Source: Dicyema japonicum
Lineage: Eukaryota > Animalia > Dicyemida
Direction of reading: 5' to 3'
NCBI GenBank assembly: GCA_011109175.1
Contig: RDEW01000095.1
Coordinates: forward strand, 40,046 to 104,045
DNA: 64,000 nt
The notes below the pieces were generated by a model. It saw nothing but the letters and a program-made list of their open reading frames with translations, made no database searches and was not told where the DNA came from. Positions within the stretch are counted from its first letter, which is position 1, and each line of letters begins with the position of its first letter. Made by a program: the position numbers and the translations under genes. Of the stretch, positions 48,590 to 60,267 are shown one piece after another.

Positions 48590-49345
48590 ACTAAACATTA
48601 GTTAGCTGCCGCCCTCACTGCGTGGCTGTTCCCTCTAAGAATAACGAGCGAAATTCGTTCAAGCAGCCAGCGGCGTTCGCTGAGATCTCCAATGCATGAG
48701 GTGATCCGGTTTCCAAGACGTCCGAAAAACTTTAGAGTAGAGTGGGAGTAGGATCCGGAAGTCTCCATACAAGCGGAACAAATTAGACATTATCGAGAAG
48801 GTCGTCGTATTTTTCGAGTTTGGCCTTTTCCGCCTTGACGGCTGCAGAACAGGCCTTTGAAGCGCACTCGTGAAGATTGTTCGGGGCGAACGTGTCTGTA
48901 CATGTTACGTCCCAAACAAGTTGTTTCCCGGCCTCAAAGGGAAATATGGTCCGGTCGTTTCCCGTCACCAGCATCCATAGCCCGTTTGACAATCTCATTC
49001 ACAGCCTTGTGCCTTGGAGATCTTCCAGCGCTTCTCTTGCAGGCGAGAAGGTGCAGGCCATAACAGTTTATCAGGATGCCACATCGGCACGGGTGAGGTA
49101 CACATACTTTCAGTCCCATGCGCGGAGAGATACCTCTTCTAACGTATTCATTATCCAGAAGAGTGCCCAGAGCTCCATTTGGGATGGCGTTTAGCCAATC
49201 TCCGTTCTCAGGCGAAGCCCCCGAAGGAAAACAAGCGCGTCGCTGATTGGCCGATTCCAGTAGGAGTCCAAATGATTTCCAGCACAATAAATTGTCCAGG
49301 TTTCGATGGCAGTCTTGTGAAGGAGACATGGGAAGGCTGATCATT
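48590..49345 (-). mobile_element. CRE-like non-LTR retrotransposon 3' part
   Basis: Translates GDWLNAIP..LGTLLD...CRCG...GLHLLAC..SAGRSPRH.AVNE, DGKRPD, FPFEAGKQLVWDVTCTDTFA and ERRWLLERISL. Paralogous to 955-2175. Confidence 0.88.
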
Positions 49346-49584
49346 TAATAAATTGATGAATTCAACAAAAATTCATTAATCCTCATTTTAATTCACGAAA
49401 TACCATAAAATTAGTAAAACCTAAATTAACAACTGTGTAAGTAAAATTCACTTTAAACACACGTGGGTGAGAATTTATTTAATTAATAACCATGGATATA
49501 TTGAAAAGAGTTCAAGCGTTAATAAGTGTCTTATTAGAGTATATCTAGTTTCCATGGGTTGAGTGAAACGCATCTTGTTTAAGT

Positions 49585-49810
49585 ATCACGTCGATCTACA
49601 TCGACCATTGTGGGAACCCCTCCAGTGAAGTAGGGAAGAGATAGATCTTTTTGGATGTGGTCAAGCAATGGTCGTCTTTTAATACAGTTGGATCAGCTGA
49701 TGCCTTGGATGATGCCACAAAGAAGAACCGAATCTTTCAACTAGGTAGGCAGTAATGTCGGAGTCGAAACCAGACCAAATCGCGATAACACTAACCACTG
49801 TGCTACCTGG
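49585..49810 (-). mobile_element. tRNA-headed SINE (shared-core family)
   Basis: Head GGTAGCACAGTGGTTAG..GGTTTCGACTCC; a similar head is at about 36340 (+). Core as at 11490-11735. Confidence 0.65.
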
Positions 49811-51078
49811 TTGAGTTGTTGACACCTCATAGTGATGCTTTTGTCTATCTTACGAGAAGAAACTTGTAGAAAAAAATGAATGAAATTATTATTAACAAAA
49901 AAAGAGTTATGTTATAGTCGAGTTGTTTTCGGATAGCAAGAGCCCGTTTTTGAGAGCCGGCACTTTTCATTGGGAAAGGATAGAAGTAGAAATGATAATA
50001 GGGAATACGGCACATTCCTTCATCATCTAACACTTTCTTCGTTTAGAACTCTTTAGTACGTTACCTCTTCCGTGATGAGGAGTAGAAACAAGAAGCGGCC
50101 TTTATCCATTATGGAGATAAGTAGACGTTTAATGTAATAGGGGTACACCGAAAAACTAAGATTATTTGTTAATCGGGCGGCTTGCAGGAATGCGGAAGAG
50201 TGAGCCTAGAATGACTTTCCAAAACATTGGGCTCGCATCATTAGAGGTAACTCCTATTGCGCGCTCAATTGGGACCTTGTTATTGCAACTAACTTTATTT
50301 GTAAATATTTTATTTATTTAAAAAAAAACTTGATCGACAGAAAATCGAAATTCCATTATTTCACTTTAAAAAATTATTTAATACGCCAAGTGGCGCCATG
50401 TGGTGCTGCGTGGCTAATTGGTTTAAGTTTTATGTTTGTTTGTCTGTTTCTCATTTCTCTTCCTATTAGAGTGGCGTCATGTGATCCACTTGCCCAGTGC
50501 CTGGCCGGCTCGAAAAAAAATCACTTGATCTCTCCCACTCAACTGGAAGTATGGACGTCTTTTTTCCTTTTATGTTGATTCCGGAAAGACTCTGTTTCTT
50601 TAGAAGTGGAAACTGGATGGACTTAATTAGGTGTTTACTTAAACGCGAGCGTCCAGCATAAAGCAAACCTTATACGTGGTAAGTTCCCAGGTACAGACGT
50701 ATATGTCCGAACAGCATCCATCTTGCCTCGAGGACATCGCATGAAATTCGTAGTGCTCATATTTTCTATAAAGAAATGTCGGACGGAAGTCTGCAGCTGT
50801 TCGAGAGCCCCTGAATTGAACGTCAAGAGGCAGAATTGTTTTCCAGACATATTGTTTAAGAGCCAGCTCAACCAAAAAAGCATAAATAGTTTTAGATCCT
50901 CAGAAGAAACGAAAGAATGATATAAAAATTTTGTTAATATTATTAATTAAAAATAATACAAACTAATGCTTATAAACGTGACTCAAATTATTATATCAAA
51001 AAGTTCAAAGCATTTATAACGATAATGTTGACAGCTGTTTTAATGGTGGTTATATTTATGCGTGCATTATAGCAACCT

Positions 51079-51265
51079 GTCGCTTCTCGGCCTTTTGGCT
51101 AAGATCAAAGTGTAGTATCTGTTCTTTCCAGCTTTATATCTGGGACGCCCTTACAAGGGGCAAGATATAATGCTTATTTTTGTAACCAGGTGTGTGTTGC
51201 GAAGCTTGCTTCCGCCATACCGCGCGTCCTCCCAGTATTGCAGTACTTCTGGGTTGGGCGCATGG
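51079..51265 (+). ncRNA. RNU2: U2 snRNA
   Basis: TCGCTTCTCGGCCTTTTGGCTAAGATCAAAGTGTAGTATCTGTTCTT; stems IIa/IIb with compensatory changes; Sm site ATTTTTG; loop IV TATTGCAGTA. Confidence 0.95.
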
Positions 51266-52104
51266 CCCCTTTTTTGGGGATCTTTAAAATATATGAATAT
51301 TTAACTAGTTATAACTATTAGATGTTCTCAGAAAAGAACCAACAGACAGATGGCAGTGTTGGTTAGATACACCACTTCAAATAACTTTAGGTATACAGTA
51401 TTAAGAATTCAAGGAAGATGCGAAAAACATATTGGTCGGTTCCAGGCATCACGTACATGCTGGTTGATGAGTGACACTATCATCAGTGTTTCATTAACGT
51501 GGAACCGGATTGTCTTATAGGACTCACAATAAGCAAAAAACGAGAAGACAAGAACATTCTCAATGCTTGGATAAATTATCATGACTGGTCTTACTTCTTG
51601 AATAAATTGTGCGTTCTGCTAAGCTGAAATTTACATTACTTTTTTTGACCACAGGGCTGTATTCTGTTTGAGGCGGACCCAGACTCCCTATTCTCTTGGA
51701 GTCATCGTCCAATATCGACCCAAAGAGAGGAAAATCTAGGCCAAGCACTGCTTTCATCGTAGATGCAGAAGCGAGGAATGCAAGGAGATGCCAATGAAGT
51801 TCTGGTTATATCACACCATGGGTGTTGGACCACAATTATCCGACCCACGCATGTTACTGGTTTTTTTGCGATCCGTTTATGTGCGAAGGAAAGAAGCGTT
51901 GACTGAAGGCACGAAAATTGAGAGGGCGAGTTCCTGGTGAGCGGATCTCACTTGGTTTGTAAGAGGTTCATGTCCGTGAAACTAGTAGGCTGTCAACAAT
52001 TTTAGTTAAGCTGGTAGTAATTCTAGTGAATTTGAAAAATTATTGAAAAATTTACATAGATAATTTATTGTTAAATCAAAATAAAACAAAAATAGTGATA
52101 CAGA

Positions 52105-52630
52105 GGTCGCCTTGACTGCTTAGCCATTCCCTCTACGATGGCGAGCGAGATTCGTTCAAATAGCCAGCAGCGCTCACGGAAATCTCTTGTTCGTGTAGAA
52201 TTCCGATTTCCTAGGCGAGTCAAGAATTTTCCTAGGCAAGTCGGCTGTGCACTGCCTCAGATTCGAGTGGTTGCGGATCTGAGAGCTCAACGTCCAGAGG
52301 CAGTCCCCACAGGAACGCCCCTCAGGGAATCTCATCTGAAGGTCCGAGAGGGTGTCTCTCATTATGCAATTCGGTCGGGTCCGACCGAGATTTTAAGATC
52401 CATCCGCACGACTCAAGGTACATGCAGACGACGCTTCCCTCTGCCCGATAGTCGCTTGAGTTGACTCCAGAAGTCCGGGCATGCGGGGTTCACCCTCTCG
52501 CATGTCATCCTCCATTTATTACTCTGGAAGTCAACAGCCCCTTCTTGATTTCCCTCTTCAGGATGTTCACCCTATTCTTGTAGTAGGTCCTATTTTCTTC
52601 AAACACGCACTTCGAGCGGAATCTCAGTAC
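52105..52630 (-). mobile_element. Chimeric remnant: CRE 3' end (52105-52235) fused to Jockey-like RT fragments (52236-52630)
   Basis: The first part matches 975-1092. The second matches 61770-61893 and then 62145-62400. Confidence 0.8.
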
Positions 52631-53194
52631 CTCTGCGGCATAGGTACTCTGCTACCTATGCCAAAGGAAGGATCGTCAAACGAGGAGAATCCCACTTGTT
52701 GGTTGGATCGATTTACAAACTGTGTATAGGTCTTGGTTTTTTGATAAGTACGATTTCTCCAGGGTTTGTTTTACAAATACATCCAATTGAGGGACGTCAC
52801 ACCTCAGCCAATAACTGGAAATAGTCATATCTTAATTTTTAAAAATTACTGAAACATTTGAACTAGTAATTTCTTACTAAATAATTATAATTCTAGAATA
52901 ACTCTGTTTTATTTTTACGGATTTAAATTAAATCATTTTTATTGATTTCTGTGTTTTTTATTAAAATGAATCAAATATATTTTCTGACGATGTTGTTACA
53001 AAATTTTAATTTTTATGTGGTAGTTCATTTTTGGTTGAGCTGGTGACGTGGCTAATAAAAATGTCTGTAAAACCCAAGAAAGTAGCTGCAACTAACATTA
53101 CTGTCCTTACGTTCAATGTTAGATGACTATAAAAAATTGGAAAATAAAAACTAAAGAAATATAAAGTCGGGATCGGATACATTCCTTAGTATTT

Positions 53195-53700
53195 ATTTTA
53201 AGAGATCTGAATGCCAAAGTCGCACTCGGATTACTTGGATGAAACCTTCATAGGAGGAAGGTAAGGGAGAAGAAACATACAAGGAACCATACTTGCAAAA
53301 TTCTTCCAAGCTAGTGATTTATTCATCTGCAACACTGCCTGCATGTACCAAGTGGATTACTTGCGACTAGAGCAACTGGAGGAGGAAACGCTGCTGTTAG
53401 TTTCTCTGTTTACACGTGCTTTGCTATGACCGTGAAAGGTTCATTAATAATATGGTTCACCGGCTCTAAGTTATGGTATCGTCAGAAGGCGTCCAATGTA
53501 CTTAGAAAGAGGACCATTCTCGCATCACCGTCTAAAGACAACTCACTGGGGACGTATCCCATTTTATTCCTCAGCTTCCTTAAAAATACCACCATACCGA
53601 AGCAAAAGACAAACGGGATCAAGAGTAGGATCATCGATCTACGTGCTTATCTGATAAACATATGCTTGACATGTTTCAAGACGTAAAGCTCATAATTGAC
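53195..53700 (+). mobile_element. RTE-like AP endonuclease remnant
   Basis: Translates DLNAKV...N.QG..LA.F.Q..DLFICNT...QVDY. Confidence 0.55.
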
Positions 53701-54087
53701 CCTACTATCTTATTACTGGAGACTGACTAAGCAAAAAGACTTGGTGGTATCCTGCTTACTTACCCCGTTTCAGAGAGGCCTAAATGTGTGGACATATCAT
53801 AAAGAACATTTTCAAGAGACGGCATTGTTGTAGAAATTATTGGATATTTATTTGAAACCCAAAAGTGAAAATATTTATCGTAGCACACGTGCCTTTAAAT
53901 ATTCTTTATTATTGTTAACCTAGGACAATTATTCTTTGTTATAATTTACTCTTGGATAGCACTAAACTCAAAACAGATGACGTAGGTTTATTGCACTAAT
54001 GACGTGTTCTATTGGTCTGATGAAAAACTAATTCTTTTTGTTGTGTGGATTGACTAAATATATAATATTGGGTTTCTTTGATATTTA

Positions 54088-54210
54088 AAATCTGTTCCTC
54101 AGTGATGAATCACTGATGACGGCGCCATTCGTCAACCCAGAAGCATCGTAGATGCGTGGAACTTTCAATTGAATAGACAGCAGCGAGATTCTAACACGGA
54201 ACCTCTTATA
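54088..54210 (-). mobile_element. SINE family B copy
   Basis: Reverse complement gttccacgcatctacgatgc...tgacg..cgtcatcagtga..tcactg.ggaac matches 63838-63915. Confidence 0.75.
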
Positions 54211-55844
54211 TTTTGGTCCGGACTTATTAAACTACGCTTACTTTAGAACTGCTGATAGTAATAATTGCAATTTTGATTATTGAACTTTTGGCACATTTAA
54301 AAATGTTCATTAGCTTTGATCTCTCGATGAGCGCGTAGCCGTCATCAAACGGGAAAGCTAGAAATTCATGTCCTTGCGTAACGTAACACGTCTGCCTTTG
54401 TCAATTACTCGTATAGAAATGAAAACATTTTTCTCTGTGTATCGAAGTTAAAACAACTGGCTGCACTCATTATTAAGCATATTTCCCATGACGATTGGAA
54501 GAAAATGCGTTCAATAAGCCAGCTTTTTTTCTCTTATCATTTGTCATTTTCGCGATCCGATTCTGTTTAGCGTTTTTTAAGATGCGAAGCGATTTTACAC
54601 TATTTCTACAGTTGTCTCGATCACAATGGGATAGAAAGTAAACCGATCGTGCAATGCTTCATATTTTACTCCTTTGCTTTCATTGTTTTTTTTCCGCGGC
54701 ATACAGTGTGTCTTCCGCGCTCCCGACAATGATGGATGGACGACCCCTTCTCATTAATAAAAATGACCTTTGTCTCTCGAGTTGGTTATCAAAATGGAAT
54801 TTTATGGAAAAAGTTGCCCTACTCATTAGTCACTTTCGATATCATTGACCCAAGCGAACTTAGAAAGAGACCGTCTTGTACCCAAAGACTCCGCTCGTCT
54901 CTACGACAACGGGTTGTACATGGAATCTGGTGGCGAGAATGTCGCATTTTTTATCTTGAAATTCTTGAAAGTCCGAGCAGTCTTTCCAGCTTTCAACGTG
55001 GAACCAGTAAATCTCGACTGGGAAAAGGTTTCGGTGCAGGTCCCATCCAAATCAAGCATTTCTCAGTGAGAAGGGAAGCCACGAAGCACCACATGGCGCC
55101 ACGCGGCTAATTATATAACATTAAATAAAAGACACGTGTACACAAATGAATTCATATAATTAATAACAAATTTAAAGGTTAACGTGTCCTATTTTTTAAC
55201 GCTTCAGACAAACTGGAAGGAGAAACTGGGCTGTTGTTATGAACGCCTTCCTCGTGGAGAAGGCTAGAATAACGAAATAAGTCATCGATTGATTCTCTTC
55301 CCTTTATAAATTCAGAGAGGGCTTTCTAGGTTTTTGAAATAAAATGGTACTTCGTGATTCCAATTTGATCTCTCTAACAATTCCCGAGATTGATCATCAC
55401 CAGCACCTGTAAAGCTCCCAAACCTATATATCATTATCGATTTTCTCAGTTCCTTCTCCTCTTCCGTCATTCAGGTAAATGAGCACTTACTAACATAATT
55501 GTGATGTTATATGAATCATTTAGTTTTGTTCGCCAATAAAAAAAATATTATAATTTTAATATTATAAAAATAATTTTTATAATATTTATTCAATTAAATT
55601 TTTATGTAGATAATAAATGAACATCAGGTCGCCAGTTTCTTATATGTTAGCGAAACTGGGGTTAATAATTTAATTTAACGTCAGCTTGTAGTAAATCGAG
55701 GTTATTTTTTCATTTTTTAAATGTTTAATAATTTCATTTATTTTAATCGTTGACCTTATTCAAATTAATTTTCAAATATATATGCTAATTTATGACTATT
55801 TTTTAATTTTTAATGATTTTGTGATTAATTTTATTATCTTCCAC

Positions 55845-56590
55845 TTGTTTCCATGAGTCTGATTCTCTAAAATCTCAGGAGGATCTTATCAAACAGACGA
55901 CTGAAGGTCAGGTCTCATGGAAAGCAACAGATAAGGTTTAGGAGAATTGGTCTGAGGTCTCCTGCCAATTTGACTATTCCATTCTACCTGTCGTCGTTCG
56001 AAAGCTGCCGTGTATTGGCCAACTCACTTTTATGTTCTTGCCACGGATTGAGTCTGGCATCTCTACTTGAAGCGGTTGTCCAGAGGTTGACTGCAAACGG
56101 TTTTGGTGTTCCGAATAACTTTATCTCTCAAAAGAACTGGGATGAAATCCTTTGTTTAAAAAAGCTAGAACTTGGAAACGGGGACACTTAGTCGCACATG
56201 TCTGAATGCAGTGTCTGCTGAGAATTCAGGTCCTGGCTCAATCCTTCCATGGCTCTGTTTGGCGGGAATACAATAAGTGTTGAAGCTGCTCTTTGGCTAG
56301 GTCTTGACGTCTCCCATTAACATCGATGTCAATGTAGTGGAATTTTTGACAGGAACGGACTCACCTGCTGTCATTCAGATTGAGCTCCAGGAGATTCCCT
56401 CGTCATACCATGTTAAACTTGACAGTCATGAGAGCTATAGAAGACGCCGGGTATACTCGTCGGTCTTGACAAAATAATGGCAAGAGAGCAGAAAACTATG
56501 CCGTGGAGTCGAGGGGGGTATCTTGCTTTGGATTCAACACGATTCTTTGTAAAGCTACTCTGATGTCCCTTCTTTCGTAGATACTTAAAT
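55845..56590 (+). mobile_element. CRE-like remnant
   Basis: Frameshifted QKNWDE.L, SAENSG.WLNP, CQCSG.FDRNGLTCC...GRFPRHTMLNLTVMRA. Confidence 0.65.
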
Positions 56591-56974
56591 TTTATAGTTC
56601 ACATATGAGTTTTACCCGCGCTATAAAAAGCACGTGGATAATTTTCTCAGTGCCGAAACTTCTAAATATAGCCTAGGCAGGTGCGTTAAATGAAGTAATT
56701 AAATAAAAAATTTAAAAATTATTCATTAGGGCTTTCATCCAACTTGTCTTAGGCACGCTCAAATTATTTTTAAGTTAAATATAGCAAGGCACTAAAAAAA
56801 CAATGCACTTTCCGAGAAGCCATATCAGCTATCTCTCAGGCAGAACACACACTTTATTTTGAACAAACTTTCAATTCCAGAAAAGCAAAGAACAGTTATC
56901 ATGACTAATGAGGGAGAACCAAGGAATAGTCTTTACTTTTTTTGTTTTCTTTCTGTTGGGTATATGCTATATAG

Positions 56975-57110
56975 ACGATCCAGTTCCGCAGTGAAATGTT
57001 AAATGATGACAGCGTCACTAGTCAAGCAAAGCATAGAGATGCGTGGAACTTTGAACCGAAATGTACAGTATCGGGATTCGAACTTGCAACCTTCAGGCCT
57101 CTTGCCCGGC
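56975..57110 (-). mobile_element. SINE family B copy, older
   Basis: atccagttccgcagtga...gatgcgtggaac...ggattcgaac is the reverse complement of the family B body and B box. Confidence 0.7.
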
Positions 57111-57489
57111 AACCGTTAGCTTTTTGAATATCATGGTACCATAGGTTGCATCCTCGGCAACTTGAATTTATCAAATTCAGAATAATCTTGCATGCCTAAT
57201 AAGGAAGCTCAACTTTGATTTTTGTGTTTTTGAGAATGTAATTTGCAAAAAAACAATGTATTACGAAACAAGACAATCAAAAATCCAGCTAATAGAATGG
57301 AATGCCGGTTTCCACTGACAAATCAAGATAAATCCTTTGGAACAACCATTCGGTTTCCCGACGATCATTGCTAACTTTCGAAATCAATTACCAAGCGATC
57401 TTAAAAAAAAGACGCGGAACCAGCAAGTCTCAACAAAGAAAAATGTCATTTAAAATCAAGCTTTTTCCTTAAAAGTAATTTATACTAAA

Positions 57490-57608
57490 AAAGTACGACA
57501 CTGTGAGTTCCCAGGCGGTCACCCAGCCAAGTACTTACACAGCCTATAACCGCTTAACTTCCGTAGTCGGCTGAGAACGGGTGCTTACGGCCAAGTATGA
57601 TCGTATAT
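57490..57608 (-). rRNA. 5S rRNA
   Basis: Minus strand TACGATCATAC...GCACCCGTTCTCAGCCGA..CGGAAGTTAAGC...AGTACTTGGCTGGGTGACCGCCTGGGAA..CAGTGTCGTA followed by a T-run; about 119 nt. Confidence 0.92.
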
Positions 57609-58819
57609 TTGATTTTTGTAAAAATTCCTAAATATTATCCACATAGCTTTTTAACACATTGACTTTCACTCATTGACGTAATAATGCCTTCCTTTTTTCT
57701 CCAATATGTTTATTATTTTTTAGATATGGTTTTCGAATTATCCTTACATTTTGGTTCTACCCGATCATTCAATGAACCTTAGAATCGAAGAACCATCCAA
57801 TCTTCTTTAAGCCATATGGCGTGCTTGGCCCTAGCACGTAAATTTCATCAGTTTGATTCAGTTTCTTGCAGTACTGCTAAATGGAGAGCCCGGAAAGGCC
57901 CGATTGCTCTTCCAAAACATCGGGAGCAATTCCCATGCCGTGCTCAATGTCTGCATACCATAATGGAGTTCTCATTTTCATTTTAAATTATATTACTCGC
58001 TTATGTTGATAAACTAATAGGAACTGTGAAAAAGGCTACTTCGAAAAACAACTCGTAAAATGTTTACTGATGTTGGCCATTAACCAAGTGTAATCATCAT
58101 TAAGTTTGTCTGACTATTTTATTTGAAGATAGGGGAGTTGGCTTAAATCTATAAATTTTTATTCCGTCTATTGCGGAAGCTAACCAGTTTTCATGTACAA
58201 CGCTGGTACTTAGGGAACATCAAAGAAAGATATGCAACAACTCAACTCATTTCACAAAGTCCAAATAAGAAAACTATTCTTGGCCAAAGAAAATCTCAAA
58301 CAATAAATTATACAAAAAAACTTTGCTAGACGATTATCAGAATCTTTTGATTCATCCTCCTGGTGTGTTTGGAGAGTGGTTCCTGAAAATGAACGAACAA
58401 AAAACCGAGCTTACTACAATAAAAAATGAAAGCAATATCACATTATAGACTACAAGTAAAAGTAGGACTGTGCATACTACTCTACATCTCGGGAACGTTA
58501 GGTATTTTTTCATTTTTTTTATAAGTTGTTTTTTGTGTACTATCAGTTTTCATTTAATGACAGGTTTGTATTTTCTCAATTATTAAAAATATTAGAACTC
58601 AGGAAAAGATAAGGAACGAATTTCAAAAGCAATTTCTAAAACATACATATTTACAATAACAACTAAAGGAGATTTAGTTTGCAGTAAAATCATCTAACAA
58701 TCCTACACCGATCTAAATCTTAATGGAAAAAATGAAAATTTCTCCTTCGAAATCAATAAAACCTAAAACTATGTGTTTGTTAGATAAAATAAAGGATTTG
58801 GAGTCGGTAAAATATAGCA

Positions 58820-58981
58820 CGACACCGACTCCGACTCCGGTTAATATATAATAAATTCAGACGTTGTAAGAAAACAGAAAAAAAGAAAAAATCAAGAAGG
58901 AATCGGAGTCGACCTTTTAACACTGACAGACTAAGACTACAACTATACAAAAAACCCCTCGACTCCGACTCCACAGCCCTG
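58820..58981 (-). mobile_element. hAT-type MITE terminus
   Basis: Terminus CAGGGCTGTGGAGTCGGAGTCG (minus strand) with subterminal GGAGTC repeats in both orientations. No partner end was found. Confidence 0.6.
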
Positions 58982-59179
58982 GATTAAATTACCTCCAGAC
59001 GTAATTAATAAGATTGGAGAGTTTCTTTGAAGCGACATTTCATTATTCGAAAATTTTGTTACAGTAAAATACATAGTAAACAATTTTAAAAACGATAGGA
59101 TTATTGTTGAGAATGTGAAGCAATAAATAATGAATGAAAATTTGTTTCATAACTCTTTGAAATTACTAAATATTAATGG

Positions 59180-59735
59180 CGAACCTGGAATTCCTGAGTA
59201 GTCTCCGTGAGCGCTGTTGGTTAATTGAGCGAATCTCGCTCGCCATCCTGATAAGGAATAGCCGCAGTCCCATTCGGCCGTTGTTTGACCATTTGCTCAC
59301 TTTTTTCCTTAATAAATTATTTTTTTTTTAAATGACAATAATTTAACAAAAAAACAAATGTTAGTTGAGGAAGCCAGCTGCGTGGATCGAAAACGAGTTC
59401 TCTCGGAGAATGGCCATTCCAATCTTTTGTCTCAGCCATTACCCTTCTCGTTGATCCCTTTCTTTCTGGCAAGCATTCCTCCGAGTTCGCGCAAGAACTC
59501 AGTCGTCATTGGACCAACGGCTCCCGATGACTCGGTCGCAACAGGAGTAAATCGGTAGCGGTCCCCGAGGCAGGAATATTTCTTGATTTTTAGGTTTTCC
59601 GCTGTCGAAGCAGCTGCTCCAGATGTCTAGACTGATTTGTAGAGAATCGTTCTTGAGAATGTGTCGACATAAGTTGGGTCCCAGACCAAAGATCTTCCTG
59701 ATGTGAAAGGGAAATGGGTCATTCCGTCAGGTCTC
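59180..59735. mobile_element. Two CRE-like 3' fragments in opposite orientation (59180-59285 +, 59355-59735 -)
   Basis: Plus strand RERCWLIERISLAIL. Minus strand RPDGMTHFPFTSGRSLVWDPTYVDTF...KIKKYSCLGDRYRFTPVATESSG...REG.WLRQKIGMAILRE. Confidence 0.8.
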
Positions 59736-59779
59736 TACTTGATTGCCCATAAGATGATTACATTTTTATTTATTTAAAA

Positions 59780-59950
59780 AAGATGTCCTAATTTTTTAAT
59801 CAAATGGAAATTTATTTAGCCAAAAAGTAACAGTTAACAACTGCTGGTTGCTCTGTCTAATTGAAAAAAATAATAAAAATGTCCTATTTTTTCTAAAGAT
59901 GTCCTAATTGTACTATTTTGTTTTTAAAATGTCCTAATATTTCCGCCCTA
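59780..59950. repeat. MITE-like end with repeated TGTCCTA motifs
   Basis: Four atgtccta units ending in cgcccta (TAGGGCG terminus on the minus strand). Confidence 0.5.
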
Positions 59951-59959
59951 ATTACTACC

Positions 59960-60267
59960 AAGATCCGTGTTGGATCATTTGGGCACATATTACGGATGGA
60001 TCATGCCGTTCCTGCTTACAATATTATGAAATCATACTTCTCTGCTCAGGGGTTTTAAAAGGAAGCCAGAAAAACTTTGCCATCAATAATGAACATCGAT
60101 CTTAAACATGCTAAAATGAAATTAGAAGACCGAGATGACCTAGCCACGCTCCAAAAAATCGCAGTTTATAGAAGAGCGTGTAGTGTTACATGCTAGATCA
60201 TCCAGAAAGTGGCACAAGCGACGGGTAGGATATAACTTTCTTATTTTGAATCTGCATTATAATAATA
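59960..60267 (+). mobile_element. RTE-like 3' remnant with (TAA)n tail
   Basis: Translates RVGSFGHILRMD...TLPSIMNIDL...L.DRDDL.TL. Tail tataataataa. Confidence 0.7.

Noticed and set aside
58820-58981. Short GACTCC repeats (and 8409-8550) as CRISPR-like arrays
   Set aside because: Eukaryotic context, no regular repeat-spacer periodicity and no cas genes. The 58820-58981 repeats fit transposon subterminal repeats, and 8409-8550 has only two units.
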